DNA of 63,049 nt, counting the filler, from Choristocarpus tenellus KU-1152 (lineage: Eukaryota; Protista; Phaeophyceae), in assembly GCA_964200185.2 (NCBI GenBank). It is 10 parts of 10 records of this genome, joined end to end, with 100 filler letters (N's around TTAATTAATTAA, not from the genome) between each part and the next. Parts side by side here need not be neighbours in the genome. Positions count along the whole stretch, not along the records: positions 21,446 to 26,827 come from CAXNAD020010969.1; positions 26,928 to 32,706 come from CAXNAD020009773.1; positions 32,807 to 36,901 come from CAXNAD020016250.1; positions 37,002 to 42,989 come from CAXNAD020009230.1; 6 more parts are not named here. One strand, 5' to 3'. Position numbers and translations under genes: made by a program. How positions within the stretch are numbered: position 1 is the first letter of the stretch; each line of letters starts with the position of its first letter. Of the stretch, positions 24,301-37,471 are shown piece after piece. Under the pieces are notes generated by a model. It made no database searches and had not been told where the DNA came from. It saw only the letters and a list, made by a program, of their open reading frames with translations.

Positions 24301-26795
24301 AAGGATAGTGTCTAGTATAAATAAGTAGTGCATAAATAAATTGCAAGTGGAGAAGAAGAGCATGCAAATTAGAGCACCTTGACATAAAGCAGTAACCCGT
24401 TGGCAACCAGGGGAAGCAATTTTAACGTTGTACTTAATCAAGCACGTCATCAATAGTTGTCGGGTCGACTGTGTATGAGTGTACTCAAACGATCTACAAC
24501 AAACAAATGGTAAAGTCCAAAGTAGTACAAATTATAATCAGAAAATATTGGGGGCAGGCTGACTTTGAAGACAAATCGGAGATTCCTATGAACATATTGG
24601 GGGGTCAGCAGATCGAAGATGATCACAATCATTCCGACAAAATTCAGATATACCACACCAGTGTTAAGTTCTCGATAAGTCCGTACCGTCGTAGGTTTCA
24701 TAATTTCAAAAGTTTGTTACATCTTTGTACAATAATCAGAGGTCAATCCTCTAAAACAACCAAAACTGTTGATTCCGGTGTGTTCCAGTCTCCGCCCCCC
24801 CCCTTATGATTTCTTTTATCAGTCAAAATGGTGGTGGGAAAAAGATCGAAGTTAATGCTTTTTATAACATGCTTGTGGTGATTGGATGCACTAATTACTA
24901 TTAGTAGTCCAGGACTTGAAAAAATATATACATGCATGTGTAATTTTGTGTAGTTGCTACACACACAAATATCTCGTAAACAGCAGAATTGCTCTTTTTA
25001 AAAGTGATGACGCACTACCATGTCCCAACAAAGTTCCACATCTTGTAGCTCAGGGGTTCAAGGAAAGTTTCCTAAAAAAAAAGAAGTGGATTTGAACTCC
25101 CTCCGCACCATATTTCTATCTTTTCTTTTTGGGAAATTTGGTCTCATCCAAAGTCGATATGGCAAGCATTACTTGATCAGACCTAACAAACTTGCGGCAG
25201 ACACTATTCTACCAGCATCGCAGGTGACAACAATAATAATAATAATAATATTGCCACTGCATTCAACATCCAAACCCTCTTTTGACTCTTGAAAAAATGT
25301 TAGAATAGGTTTGTCCTCTAGTTCACACAGGCAGGTGTGTAACATCTATATATTTTAAACCCTTTACTCCCTTCAATCCTGCCTATCACACTCCCCGACT
25401 TCCAGATCCTTCTTCAAGGGTTTCCCTCAAAATAGGCATGAATTATGATACTCAGTGAGGCGTTATGCATGTATGGTACTTGCCTGTACATCAGACAGGC
25501 AAAGGAATCCTTACCATTGCTTTATTCCCTAGGAAAAAAAAAGAAAACACAATGCGCACTGCATTCTCAACCAAGGATACAGGCAGCAATACCTATGCCA
25601 CAGCCCACAGCATCATGAAATTTGAAGCAATCCAGTGAGGGAAGGTGAGGATAAATTTTCCATGCCACACAAACATGAAATTTGTCGACAGCATAAGAAT
25701 AATCGACCGCCCCCCCCCACCCACCCACCCAAAAAGAAAGATCAGAATCGGGTCAGCGAAGAAGCCCCTGCGCATCAATAATCAAGACAAGCATATACAC
25801 TGATGACACAAGACTTACAGACAAGAACACATAACATTCAACAGAAATGAACCACCGAAAACACACACTACAACACCTGGCACATGTTGATAAAGGCTCT
25901 AGCAGGTTCAACATTGTTGAGACTCAACAGCCTGCATGAAACTGTACTGCACCCGAAACAGTAGTAGAAGTAAAAAGGCAGCGAGGCAGGACAGGCTGAG
26001 GCTCAAGAGCTTCATCAAGCCTGGCTGGCATGTGTGCCACCTACACAGCAACCAGCCCGCATCACATAAGATGAGGAACATACACATAAGCACAACAATT
26101 GGGCATCAATGCCATCATATGCACTAAAGCAACTCGGCCATTGCCTTCTCATGTACGCTCTACCTCGGTAGCTAGGCCAATCGCACTCAACACAACAATC
26201 TTCTAGATCGAAGGTGTCATGATCTGCTGTTATCACCCAACTTGCCTCCACACCCATGCCCAACAAAGAGTCGCTTGCGCCAAGCTTTAAAAGAATACAA
26301 GATTAGAGGGTTAAAAGACACTATCGTCCAAAAAGCAACAATCAAACCAATAGAATGGACACAAGTGCACAAGCGCAATGCACCAATAGCATTCATCCCC
26401 ACCCTCTGAAACCTCGCCGAACTAACCGCATTGGCATTGATTACCGACTCTCTTTCCTCAGCAAAAACCCACACAACCTCATCCATCAAAACAGGGCAAA
26501 CGCGATTGACCTCCCAACAGACCAAGGTCTATAACCATCAAACCCATAACCACAGATGTCGTTTGGTTATCTGCTTAAGGCAACTAATCTCTTCAACTCA
26601 CAGAAACTCCATACTTGCTCGCTTCAGTACAGAGTGAAACAACCCTCTACTCTCCGCAATAACATTTCATGTACAATCACATCAGATCACACTCGCTCGT
26701 CCCACTACTTTCACGATCAGCCCGCCACCTCCTTATCCCCACTATACTTCTACCTTCCCACCACGACAGCGGTCAACCGTCACAATCCCTTCGTT

Positions 26796-26827
<32 letters not shown>

Positions 26828-26927
26828 NNNNNNNNNNNNNNNNNNNNNNNNNNNNNNNNNNNNNNNNNNNNTTAATTAATTAANNNNNNNNNNNNNNNNN
26901 NNNNNNNNNNNNNNNNNNNNNNNNNNN

Positions 26928-27007
26928 TGTCATAAAAAAAGCACGGGAAGCCAAGTCCCAAACGGACAAACAGGGCAAAATTCGTACCCTCTAAGATACT
27001 TTCACTT
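26928..27007 (+). mobile_element. MITE family B, 3' part
   Basis: gggaagccaagtcccaaacggacaaacagggcaaaattcgtaccctctaagatactttcact. Confidence 0.88.
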
Positions 27008-30000
27008 CCAGTTCGCCCGGATCTATCACCAGCGTGTATGTAGCCTTCGACAAAAGTACTTTTCCCGTACTTTTCAAGGGTCATAAATGCGTCGTTGTCA
27101 CGTGTGTGGTCACTGGTCGGCCGAAGCCAGTGAAGATCCACCCCACGCTCCCCGTCATCGCCGACGCGCTCCGCTAGGATCCTGCCGACCAAGAGCGGTG
27201 CCTCCGTTGCCACAAAAAAGGCAAACCTGCCTTCCTGCACGGTGACGAGGTTTCCATCGTTCGCCGATCTCAAAGTAGCACGAGACCAACCCCGTCTATG
27301 GGAGCCAGCTTCTTCCGTGTCACTGTCCGATGAGGAAGAGTCTGTTTCCTCGAGCCTGCCGAGATCATTGTAACACTGGACGAGATTACCTCCTCCACCC
27401 GAACGTTCGCCCTCGTCAGTGTCTTCGACGTCGCTGGTACCAGTTCCAGCATCATCGTCATTGGTGGGAAGCCAATGGACTGGGAGGTCGAACTCTCGTT
27501 CCCCTGTCTTTTTGAGAAGTCGCACAGACTCGCTTTGCTCGTGTTTCGCTCTCTGAAGGGCTTCATCGTCTGCGAAGGTGGAATCCACGAGCACGAGAAC
27601 ATCAATGGTATGGAAGCATGAATGTGACTTTGTAACCAGCCGTGAGGTTGCACGCTGGGGAGCATGTAGTGAGAGGTAGGGTGTAGATTTCGTCGGATTC
27701 GTCACTGTTGAGTACAAGACCAGTACCCTCAAAACATTTATCGGGGGTAATCTATAGTACTTGTTTATTGTGACATGCGACGATCACTACACATGAGAAT
27801 GGAATATTTTTTTAAGTTGTTTTTGTAAAGGCTGTAAAGGCTGCCTCGTACAGAAGTTGCACCAGTTGTATTTGGCTACCACTGAATACAAAAATTGGCC
27901 ATCAACTCCCCTCACGAAATGTTCGACTTACCCAGTGGGTACGCAGCAGCGAGGCGCTCATGTGATGCCTAGTACCGCTGCTCCACCTTCAGGATGACGT
28001 CTTCGGGAACGCTCTTGAGCCGGTAGGGTGGTGCATCTTGGAGACGAGGCGGGTGGCCGATGAAGAGGTCGTGCGGAGGGGTGTTGGGGTTGATAGCAAC
28101 GTTGGCGCCTATCGCACTCCATGCGGTGCTGTGCATATATTGCTTTACGCTAACCTTAACCCGCCCATCACCACCTTTTTCAACGCGAAAAGCCCTGTAG
28201 CTCGTGATGTTGGGAACACGGTTGACGCTACCGCGAAGGAGTCCCTTGAAGTTGCTCTCGTTCCGTAGGGTCTTGCAGTAGACTGAAACCTCCGTGTAAG
28301 AGGCCTGCAGCTCTTCACCCAGCTGTGTTCTTGTGAATATGTTCTTCCTTTGATACCACGTGAGAACCTGAAGATGAAATGCAAGCAAGTTAATTTTGAG
28401 GCGGTGGCGAAAGAAACGAAGTGGAGAAGCAAAATATATATGCAGGCAAATGCTCTGATGCATGTATATGGAAGTATAAATATAAAAAGGGGTGATGCGT
28501 ACATTTTTGTTTTGTTTTGTTTCGAGACTAGGTTACAACACAGTTTTGCCAGCTGCTCTTCTCATGCTATTTTGTTGTGGGGAAATCAAAAGTCAGTCAA
28601 GCAATTGCAGTGTATGACCAGAAACCTTCCAGAGACGCAACAAGCGTGAACTGCAAGCCTCAAGGCAGTATCTGTCCGTGTAAAAACACCATGTGGCTAT
28701 CGCATTTATATATCTTGCCTAATTACCTGGAGAAGATCTGATCGATCTTGATGTGCGTATGCCCCACCATCATAAAATGTATCTCGACCACACGAATGAC
28801 ACTCGCCGTGACCAAAAGCCCCGCTTATCCGAGAAAGAAATTGTTCTTGTTCTCTGATACACAGTTGTCGATCTGGTCAGTTTGGGGAGTTGGGAGCGAG
28901 GAAGGGATAGGCGTGAGGCCGGTATGTCAGCCCATTTCACCACGTTTCGTGGAGAAACAGGGCATGTTTGCAGTAGTACTAGAGCGCAAGCTCTACATCA
29001 CCGCCATCACACATGCAGGTTGCAACCCACAAACCAAAACTAAACACCATGCAGTTAGTTACGTGGTGGCCGATATTCGGCGAGGGTATGTTGAGTAGGT
29101 CGTGTCAAGATGAAACTTTCTTACAAGCAAATGCATGTGCTGGATTATGCAACCCCCCGCATGATCGAGGCTGTTGTGGTACTTGTTGATAAGCCTTGTG
29201 AGGGCAAGGTGGGTGGCTGTGCAGACAAGGTTACAACCTGCGTGAACGATGATGTCTGTCTTTAGTTGGCAGATAGTACTCTGCTTACTTACTCATTGTT
29301 TACTTGGAGCTAAAAAGAGGGGTAATGGAATGTGTTTTTGCGATGTAGAGCACATACACCCGACTGACTGATATACATGTCTGTCGGTTTCCCTCCTCCT
29401 TGATTAGCTCTTATGCTCCTCTCACCCTTCCGAAGCTGAGGCGTACGTGGGCAGGGGAGCACAGCGCATCATCAGTTAATCGACTGTTCACCAGGCCTGC
29501 GGTATCTGTAGGAAAATCTTGCAAGGATGTACTCGTCCTCGGGTGTCTAACCTGCGGCGGGTCCCCTCACCATGACGGTAAATCAAGTGGTGCGTGCGCA
29601 ACCAGCATCTATTCGGTCGTGTGATTGATGAGCCACAACCCACAATACATACCTCCTCCGAGATTTTGAGGAGTGAAGAACACCTCCGCGAACTGGCCTT
29701 CGACGTGTGCGGCCATGATCTTCTGGTGCTTGGAGTAGCCCCTGATAACAAGGACATGAACCAAAGAAACGTGTAAAGAAAGGTGTTACGGTGCATCATC
29801 ATCATGGTGAACGGAATAGGTAGTGGAATTATGTGCGTCTGTTTTAGCGGTTATTTCTTGGGACTTTGCACTCATTCGTTGAATAAAACAGGGTGGTCTA
29901 TTCTGTTCTGCGTGCGGCTGCAAACTTGTTGACAAATGGACTATGCGTGCGTGTGGTTACCTGTCACCGCCGTGGGTAGGTGGGTAAAGTGCTGGGAGGG

Positions 30001-32706
30001 CGTGGGATGTCTGGTTCGCCGCATCTACAGACATGAACACGAAGCCGAGAGGTTTGCCGTCGGCTTTGGCCGCATGGCGCTGCTGGTGTTGTTGGCGATG
30101 ACCAGCCGATCCACTTGGATAATTTGGCGAATGGGGAAGAGCAACATCACGTCTGTAGATCAAATATATCTTCTTAGAGGTGTAATAAAATGGTCACTTG
30201 TTAACACGTACCAGGTACGTGACAAAAATCGAGTGTAGGTAACAATAAATGTTTGTCTTTGCTCCTGTTTTTTACTGCGGCATTCAAGGCAAAGACAGTA
30301 TTTTCGGGACGGGAGCAAGTACGTATGTACGGGGCCGGAAGACTGCAACATGACCTGTCCCTCCCACAGCCCGTTGTAGACGACCAGGAAACAGTCTATC
30401 ACACAAGGTGTTTGGGAAACTAATAACAACAGTTTTGCGCTGAGTGAGGCTGCTGCTGCTGCCATAAGCACCTGCATCGGAGTCTTCATTAGCAAAAGGC
30501 AAAACATGTTGTTCCCAATGGAGGGCAATGATGGCGACATGTTGCCACTGTATGATTGTCGCAAAATTAACACTGGACACCTACCTTTTGATGGTCTGAC
30601 AGCTCCTTGTCGATGGACTCGAGGACAGTGGAGTCGTTCGTGGGTTTTACACCAGGCGTACAGTGCCGCTTCTCTTTTAACGTGACACATATGTCACATT
30701 TCATAAATTCGCCTCCTACCCTCACCCTGATGTTGGACCTGTCCTCTCTGAGCAATCGGAGGAAGTGCGCCTTGCTTTCCCGCTTGGAAGTGTCGTCAGG
30801 ATACACCCGTATTGCCTCTTTGCAAAAATCCTTGTGAGTGAAATTATCTTAGAGGGTAGAGCCGCGTCCATTTAGGGGACAAAATCCAATGTTGCAATTT
30901 TGATATAGTTTTGGCTATCATGTTTTTTAGGAGATATCAATATCCTTGCTGTGGAGACACCTTTTCGTAACGTATGCATTCTACCTACTCTGAAACATTT
31001 TGGAGTAGGTAAAATGTCATTAAAAACCCGTGGGAAGCCAAGCCCCAAATGGACAAACAGGGCAAAACTCGTACCCTCTAAGATACTTCTACTCTGTATA
31101 GCTCCAAATTAATAATATTGTTTGTGTGGGCAAGTGAGGAGTTGTTGAGAAGGAACACTCGAAGAACACCGCTGCATGATCTCTCGAAGGCGGGCTGACC
31201 AATAACTTGACTGACAACACGGAAGACAGGATCAAGCAAGCTTACATCGTGCGTAATGAATGAGCAAATACAATTATCTTCGTAAATCTGCCAAGAGCGT
31301 CATTCTGTTCGGGCCTCGCCGTAGTTTGCAGAAACAGTAAAGGAGGCGAATCTACCACCATCATCATCATCATCGTGAAGCGCTTGAGACATACGATGTA
31401 CACACTTTTGCTACCAAGTTCAGACCAGGCCCGGGGCCGCAGAGTAGGTGTACACAGCGGTGAAATAACAGTTACTGTGCCTTCCTCCGTGAAATCGACG
31501 AAGAGTATCATCATCATCATTGTGGTTGCGACATAACAAACGAAAAAATTAGTACTTCATACGAAGCTTCACATATTTTTTTAACCATAATCTCAGACCG
31601 GTCAAAGTAATATGCAACCACCACTCGAAATACTCCTTTGATCCACTTTTTCTACGTACTGCTGGGTCACACGGTTTGCAACTAACTCCAACGCAGGGTG
31701 TGGCCAACCTCTCCACAACCAAGGGCAAAACCTGCCTCTTTGTTCACGGCGTAGATCATAATTGCGGTCTTGTGAGGCATGAACTGCCCGTACGTATCAG
31801 CCCAGTAGTCTATCCAGGACATCACCAGGTCTCGTTTCGGAGCCATGTCCTTCTCTTTGTTCGTGCCGTTCCTGATGTAGTAGCGAACGTATGTATATAT
31901 AGATGGGAGTTGTATTGGAGGTAGATATAAGGGATGGGGGATGGAATCGTAGAGGAATCGTATGCCAGCAGCGGATCTCTAATTCTGTAGGTATTGTTGA
32001 AGCAGAAATAAACATATCACACATGCACATACACATATATCTAACACATAACTCCACGCTGGAGGGATCTCTAACTTTGTACATCAGACATCTAGGCGTG
32101 GTTAATGCAAACTGAATGTGGCAAGTACGGTCGGATTACATTGTTCTGAGATAGGACTACTGTTCAATCATCAAGCAGGCATTGATATATACTGGGTACA
32201 AATAACACTGTGTACATACCTCAAACCCACCTCTCCATGCCGGATGATGCTCTTGCGTTAGGTGTATCTTTGCAAGCGTCGATGACATGATTGGATATTC
32301 CGAACAATGCCTTGAAAAACTGCATACAAACGGGAATGCCGGCCGCGAGCATAGATCTGCCTCCAGGTCCCAACTTAATGACAGGTACACGGTCACCAAC
32401 GAAGTGCTTGCGATCGCGACGGTTCTCACACACCCGGATGATGTCTTGCTCTTTGGCCAACGCGCGTGCAAGGAAGGACTCGCTATCTGCCGTGAACTTC
32501 TTCACACAGGCTAAGCGCTTGCAGCAGTCACCCTGTTCGTTGACTGGGATGGGTTGGGCCCATTCTCGGCGAAGCTTGGCGCCGGTTGCTGAAGCGTCAT
32601 TGGTAGAAAGCTCCAGCACATCATTGTTGGCAGGCTGATGAGGGGGCAACACAGGGGGCGGTGCAGGCGACAAAAGTCACTCCCTTGCTGTCGGAGCAAC
32701 TGTCAT
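27008..32706 (-). pseudogene. Intron-containing Sola/DUF7869-type DDD transposase pseudogene
   Basis: Ordered exons read CCKRLAC...VCMQFFKALFGIS; WIDYWADTYGQFMPHK; LYKDFC...FMKCDICVTLK; FMSVDAANQTSHALP; KIMAAHVEG; GCNLVCT; IDNCVSENKNNFFLG*AGLLV...FMMVGHTHIKIDQIFS; ITSYRAFRVEK. There is a premature TAA at about 28825 and a MITE insertion at 30836. Confidence 0.82.
30836..31094 (+). mobile_element. MITE family B, full length, TSD tgt, inserted in a transposase exon
   Basis: tgt|gagtgaaattatcttagagggta...taccctctaagatacttctactc|tgt; removing it restores the codons LYKDF. Confidence 0.93.
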
Positions 32707-32990
32707 NNNNNNNNNNNNNNNNNNNNNNNNNNNNNNNNNNNNNNNNNNNNTTAATTAATTAANNNNNNNNNNNNNNNNNNNNNNNNNNNNNNNNNNNNNN
32801 NNNNNNAACTTCAATGTTGACTATTGTTCCACCATTGCAATTGAATCACAGTGCAATTCAGTTCCTACGGTCCACACTGCACACAAAAAAATGTCAACTA
32901 CAACATCTTATTACAGTCACATCTGCCCACACACCCCCCACCCCCCCCCCCCCCCCCAAAAAAAAAAAAAAACCCACAAAACCTTTTTTC

Positions 32991-33022
<32 letters not shown>

Positions 33023-33058
33023 AGCCTTTCTTGATTCCTTCAAAACTGTAACCCTCAC

Positions 33059-35384
33059 CTCTGCCTCTCGGTGCACTCGGATACGCTCCTCCTTTTCCCT
33101 CACCAGCTCACCGTACATGTGCTTACGCTCCTCCCGAAATTTGCAAAAGTTGACCACAGCACTGAGTTGCTTTCGAAGTCTGTATGGCATGTGAGTGAAC
33201 CAGTAGGTAAGATAAAGCAAAGGGACAGGGCATGCGTGCGTGGGGGGGTGAGAGATATGTGTGTGTCAAGGGAGAGAGAGAGAGAGTGCAGAGAGCAGAC
33301 AAGAAAAGTGTCCCACACAGGTGATCTATAATCAAACAAACCTGGGATCAAATACTGATTGGTCATGAGCCCATATGTGAACAAACTCACTCTCAATGAG
33401 AGGAAACCAACATAGTATTTTCCTGTATGCACTGTCGATCTGTAGTCTTGTCCCTACTGGAGTAATAACCAGCTTGTCTGCCATCGAACTGGTGGCATGC
33501 TTGTCTCAGCTGTGCTTGGCTCCCTTCTCTCTGGTCCATCAGTATAACCTACACATGTCAGATATTTTGGTATGCATTCTGAGCGTATCCCTCCATGTCA
33601 TCGCCAATGACCCACCAATACATCCACTTCCTCCACAACTGTCCACCCACTTACGCCAAAACTCACGTCCTAACCCCTCCAGGAAGAGTAGGTCACTAAT
33701 TGAAGCCGTGCACAACATTACGACTGCCTATCAGGCATAAGAATATGTGGGCAGGCTGAGAACAAAATGCACAGGTATTAATTTCCAAGTGATACACCTT
33801 TCACACTCTCCTCCTCCTAGTTTGCTTATCGCAGGGAAGCACATTAGGCAGGCACATCTCTCTCTCTCTCTGTCTCTCTTATCACTCTCTCTCTAGCTCT
33901 ATGGTTACCTTTGTCGGTTAGGCTTCAGCATATCCTTGAAGGAAAAGTCATCCACAAAGGATACCCTCATCAGCTTTGATACTGCTCGAAACATAGCAAG
34001 TTCTGGGATAGCCTCCTGCATTTGAAGGCAGCGAGGTGCATGAGTTGGGGTGGGCTACACTGGCTATTTTGATTGGTGTATATTTGGATACCTTCTCAAC
34101 AAGAAAGAGGCAGAAGTGGGTCATGTTGGGTTGGGTTTGGAGAAGAGTTTGAACAAGAGTTGCGACATAGGTCATAGAAGGGAAGGTTGCTAGGCATAGA
34201 AAGCACAGCCTATGTTCAGAAATAACAGCTTGACATTATTGTCTTAGGGGTGTTGGAAAGTTCAATTTTTTATGACTTGTCAACACTGCACTCCATCACT
34301 CAAATGTTGCCATAATGATAACCACACAGCAATTCCCGAAACTACAAAAAACGATCAGCTAATTTCAGCAGGTTCTGGGAAGGGGAGGCGAGAGGGAATT
34401 TCACCAAGTCAAAATTTCTATCCACAGGTGTACAATTGTAGAGATGAAAAATCTTCAGGGAAACCATATTCGTCCTAGGCACAGGGAGATGTCATGTCAC
34501 CCCAGCAGTTAGAAAGGTTCTTTCCTTCACACAAACAATCCCATCGGGTTTTACGTAAATGTAGGAAGTAGAGCTCACCTTCCATCAGTCAACTAGTAAT
34601 TTAAATAACTATAAGGGGGATTGGAGTTGTAGTCAATAGAGGCAGAAGGGTGTTTGGAGGGTGGCCTGTGTGGTTGTCTGCCTAATCCAGACCTTTCCAA
34701 GAGAAAAAGCGTGGAAATACATGTTGGGATAGGACACCAGGGAAAACCTACGGTGGAGAACCACTCCAACCAGATTGTTATCCTCACATGGTAAAGCTCC
34801 ACGTAGCTCAGCTCATTGACACCAGCAAACACGGGCTGAACCATATCCTCCTTCCTTACCCCAGTAGTAACTTCCACCAGCTTCTCGAACACTCTGACTA
34901 CTCCTTCCTGGTTCTTTTCTGGTGCCGTCAGTATCTATGCAGGGATTGGCCCGTGAGGATCATGGCAAAATAGACGATTCAAAAGAAGGGGGGGAATAGC
35001 ATCATAACTAGTAAAAAATGCAGACGTTTTGGTTTGTTGGATTAGTATTGACATCGACAGACATACCCACACAAGCTCGGAGCAGGTGTTCTCCTCTTCC
35101 AAAGGCCTCTTCTGGGTTGAGAGGCGATGAGGAAATACGGCAGATTACTTGAGCAGCACTTTGTATTCCGCACTTACTCAATATGGGATAATTACTACAT
35201 AATATTCAACTGGAGAAGGAGGCAGCAATGGTCGAGACTATTTGTGCATTCCCACCTCTTCCGTCACAGGGATGTTCAGATCCGTTAGATTTAGCATGAT
35301 ATTTTTACCACTCAAGAGTGGAAAGCTGTACCCCCCCCCAGCCCCAGGATCCGGCGCCAATGACATACGGGATGTCGAAGTCAT
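33059..35384 (-). CDS. NUF2: Kinetochore protein NUF2, 5' exons (partial)
   Basis: Exons 35384(or 35366)-35256, 34934-34788, 34015-33909 and 33179-33059 give YSFPLLSGKNIMLNLTDLNIPVTEE/...VELYH/EAIPELAMFRAVSKLMRVSFVDDFSFKDMLKPNRQR/LRKQLSAVVNFCKFREER, the Nuf2 CH-domain signature. Confidence 0.93.
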
Positions 35385-35936
35385 GGTGACGAGGTCCAAC
35401 CCACTTCCACCCCTCCTGAGTTGATTGAAAGAAGAGAATGGAGGTCCTCTTGTTACACGTCGTCCGTGTACTTGTTGCGATCAATTAATATCAGCCTCTC
35501 CTCAGGATCGACACCAACAATCACTTTCCACAGCAACTGCACCCTCGACAACTTGCTACGAACTGCAGTTTTTGCCCCTTGTTGAATGGAAGAGTACCTG
35601 TGCATATGTAACCTGAAAAGGGATATACACTAACCCTCCAAAATCTGCAATATATACGGAAGGTTAGGGATGTTCATGGACACATTTAGGGTCCTTTTTA
35701 TACTCCTTTTTGAAAAATGGTCAACTGTGACAATCACGCCTAATTAACCAAAAACTCCAACATTTTGAACTGAACTTAGAGAACCTAACCCTACATATCC
35801 CCCTTTACAACTTAGTTTGGCAACACAACTGGGCGATTAGGATAGTAGTATCCGTTTTTGAGTCAACCAGGCAGAAACATTACTAGTAACTAGCGATTGA
35901 CTAGGTTGTGGAACACCTTTTCGAAGCCTGGCAAGG

Positions 35937-36901
35937 ATGGCTGGGCGAGAGATCTCTGAGGGATGGCAACATCCCTTTGTCTCCGTGTTCAAACTGGCGA
36001 AGCTTGGTAGCGCAGAAGGAAAGGTCAACGCAGTTGGTGACGTCAAAGAAACCATGGCAAGTCTAATGAACCTGTTGCAAAGAGTGCATCTATCCAAAGA
36101 CCAACCCCGACAGGTGACGATGATCTTCTGTTTGAATATCCCAAGTCTACACTTGACGCTTATGCCTCAACTTTTGCTTCCTGTGCCGGTGTGGTCGACT
36201 TTGAGTAGGATAAGGTCATTGGAAAGCGCTGCTATCGAATCGCAGGAGCTGTCTCGGCTGCTAACTACCTGGAAATACCCGAGGATCCTAGGTCTGATCC
36301 TCTCAACCTCACCGGTCGCTATGTGTACATACAGGTCTGAATGCAGAGAGCGGGGTTCGCTATTGGGAACACAACCATTGTAGACTCGCCTTATTCATCA
36401 TCTAACATTAAGACGCTCACGTCACATTGCCTCTTTGATTCTTGTGGGTCAAGCGCTTTCGGCCCCAGGCGCCTAGTAGACCATCCCCAACCTGAGCCTG
36501 GATCACCTTGGGCAACATGTTCCCTTCTAGTCAGCCCAACCGTTCTTCCCTTTGCTTGCAATGCTTCTGTATCGTTCGTGCTCGGTGATCTTTTCCGTTT
36601 TATGTCATAATATTTGATAATATTGCTGTTGTCTTCACCTCGTGCTATCATAATCACCCCCCCCCCCCCCCCTACTATACAACAATGGCTTAGGTTCGTC
36701 CACTTGGGGAAAAGGTTATGACGTTCCACCTCGACGTCCTCACTCAAGATCATCGCGCTGTTAGGGTCTCATTTAGCACACTATATGCAGCAGCAGATGG
36801 GACCAGGGGTAAGGGTAGGGGAGAAGCTGAAACAGGGGTTGGAGCGACATCCCCTGAGGCCAGGGGAAGCACTACAATGGGGACACCCCTCAGATGCCCG
36901 C
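35937..36901 (+). CDS. WDR90: WDR90/POC16, N-terminal CFAP20 domain exons (partial)
   Basis: Exons 35937-36056, 36209-36334 and 36694 onward give WQHPFVSVFK...GDVKETM/DKVIGKRCYRIAGAVSAANYLEIP...LNLTGRYVYIQ/VRPLGEKVMTFHLDVLTQDHRAVRVSFSTLY, matching the WDR90 N-terminus; the first intron is GC-AG. Confidence 0.9.
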
Positions 36902-37471
36902 NNNNNNNNNNNNNNNNNNNNNNNNNNNNNNNNNNNNNNNNNNNNTTAATTAATTAANNNNNNNNNNNNNNNNNNNNNNNNNNNNNNNNNNNNNNNNNNN
37001 NCCCCCCACCACCACCACCAACCAACACTTCCATTCCCCAAACTCCCACAAGGATGCCTGCCAGGATACATGAAAAAAAAAACACTAAGCTCACTCAAAA
37101 AAATGAACCAACACACACTCAACTTCATTGCACATGTGTAGCAGCGAAAATGTCTCAATTCATCAAGAGACATTCCCCATCAATGACACACCCACCCAAG
37201 GCACCCAATTCAGTCAAAAACTCCCCGATGCACACAAAATCTTCAGCAGATACACCAACCTTCACCACCCACACCATGCTACTAACAGTGCAAACATTGG
37301 GCTAGGGTTAGGGCTTTTCCCAAACAAGAGGAGAATGGTAAACACACACGCGCAACACACACGCAACACACACACGTTGTGGCACCTACTACAAGCCCCA
37401 ACCAATTAAATTAAGCCCAACCAAGTAAGAAGGATGCAGTAGGGCAACAATTGCTTCTCTTTAAAACTTAC

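Noticed and set aside
21446-26827. Possible LINE or gene fragments on this contig
   Set aside because: No RT or endonuclease motifs and no consistent exon chain could be established by eye
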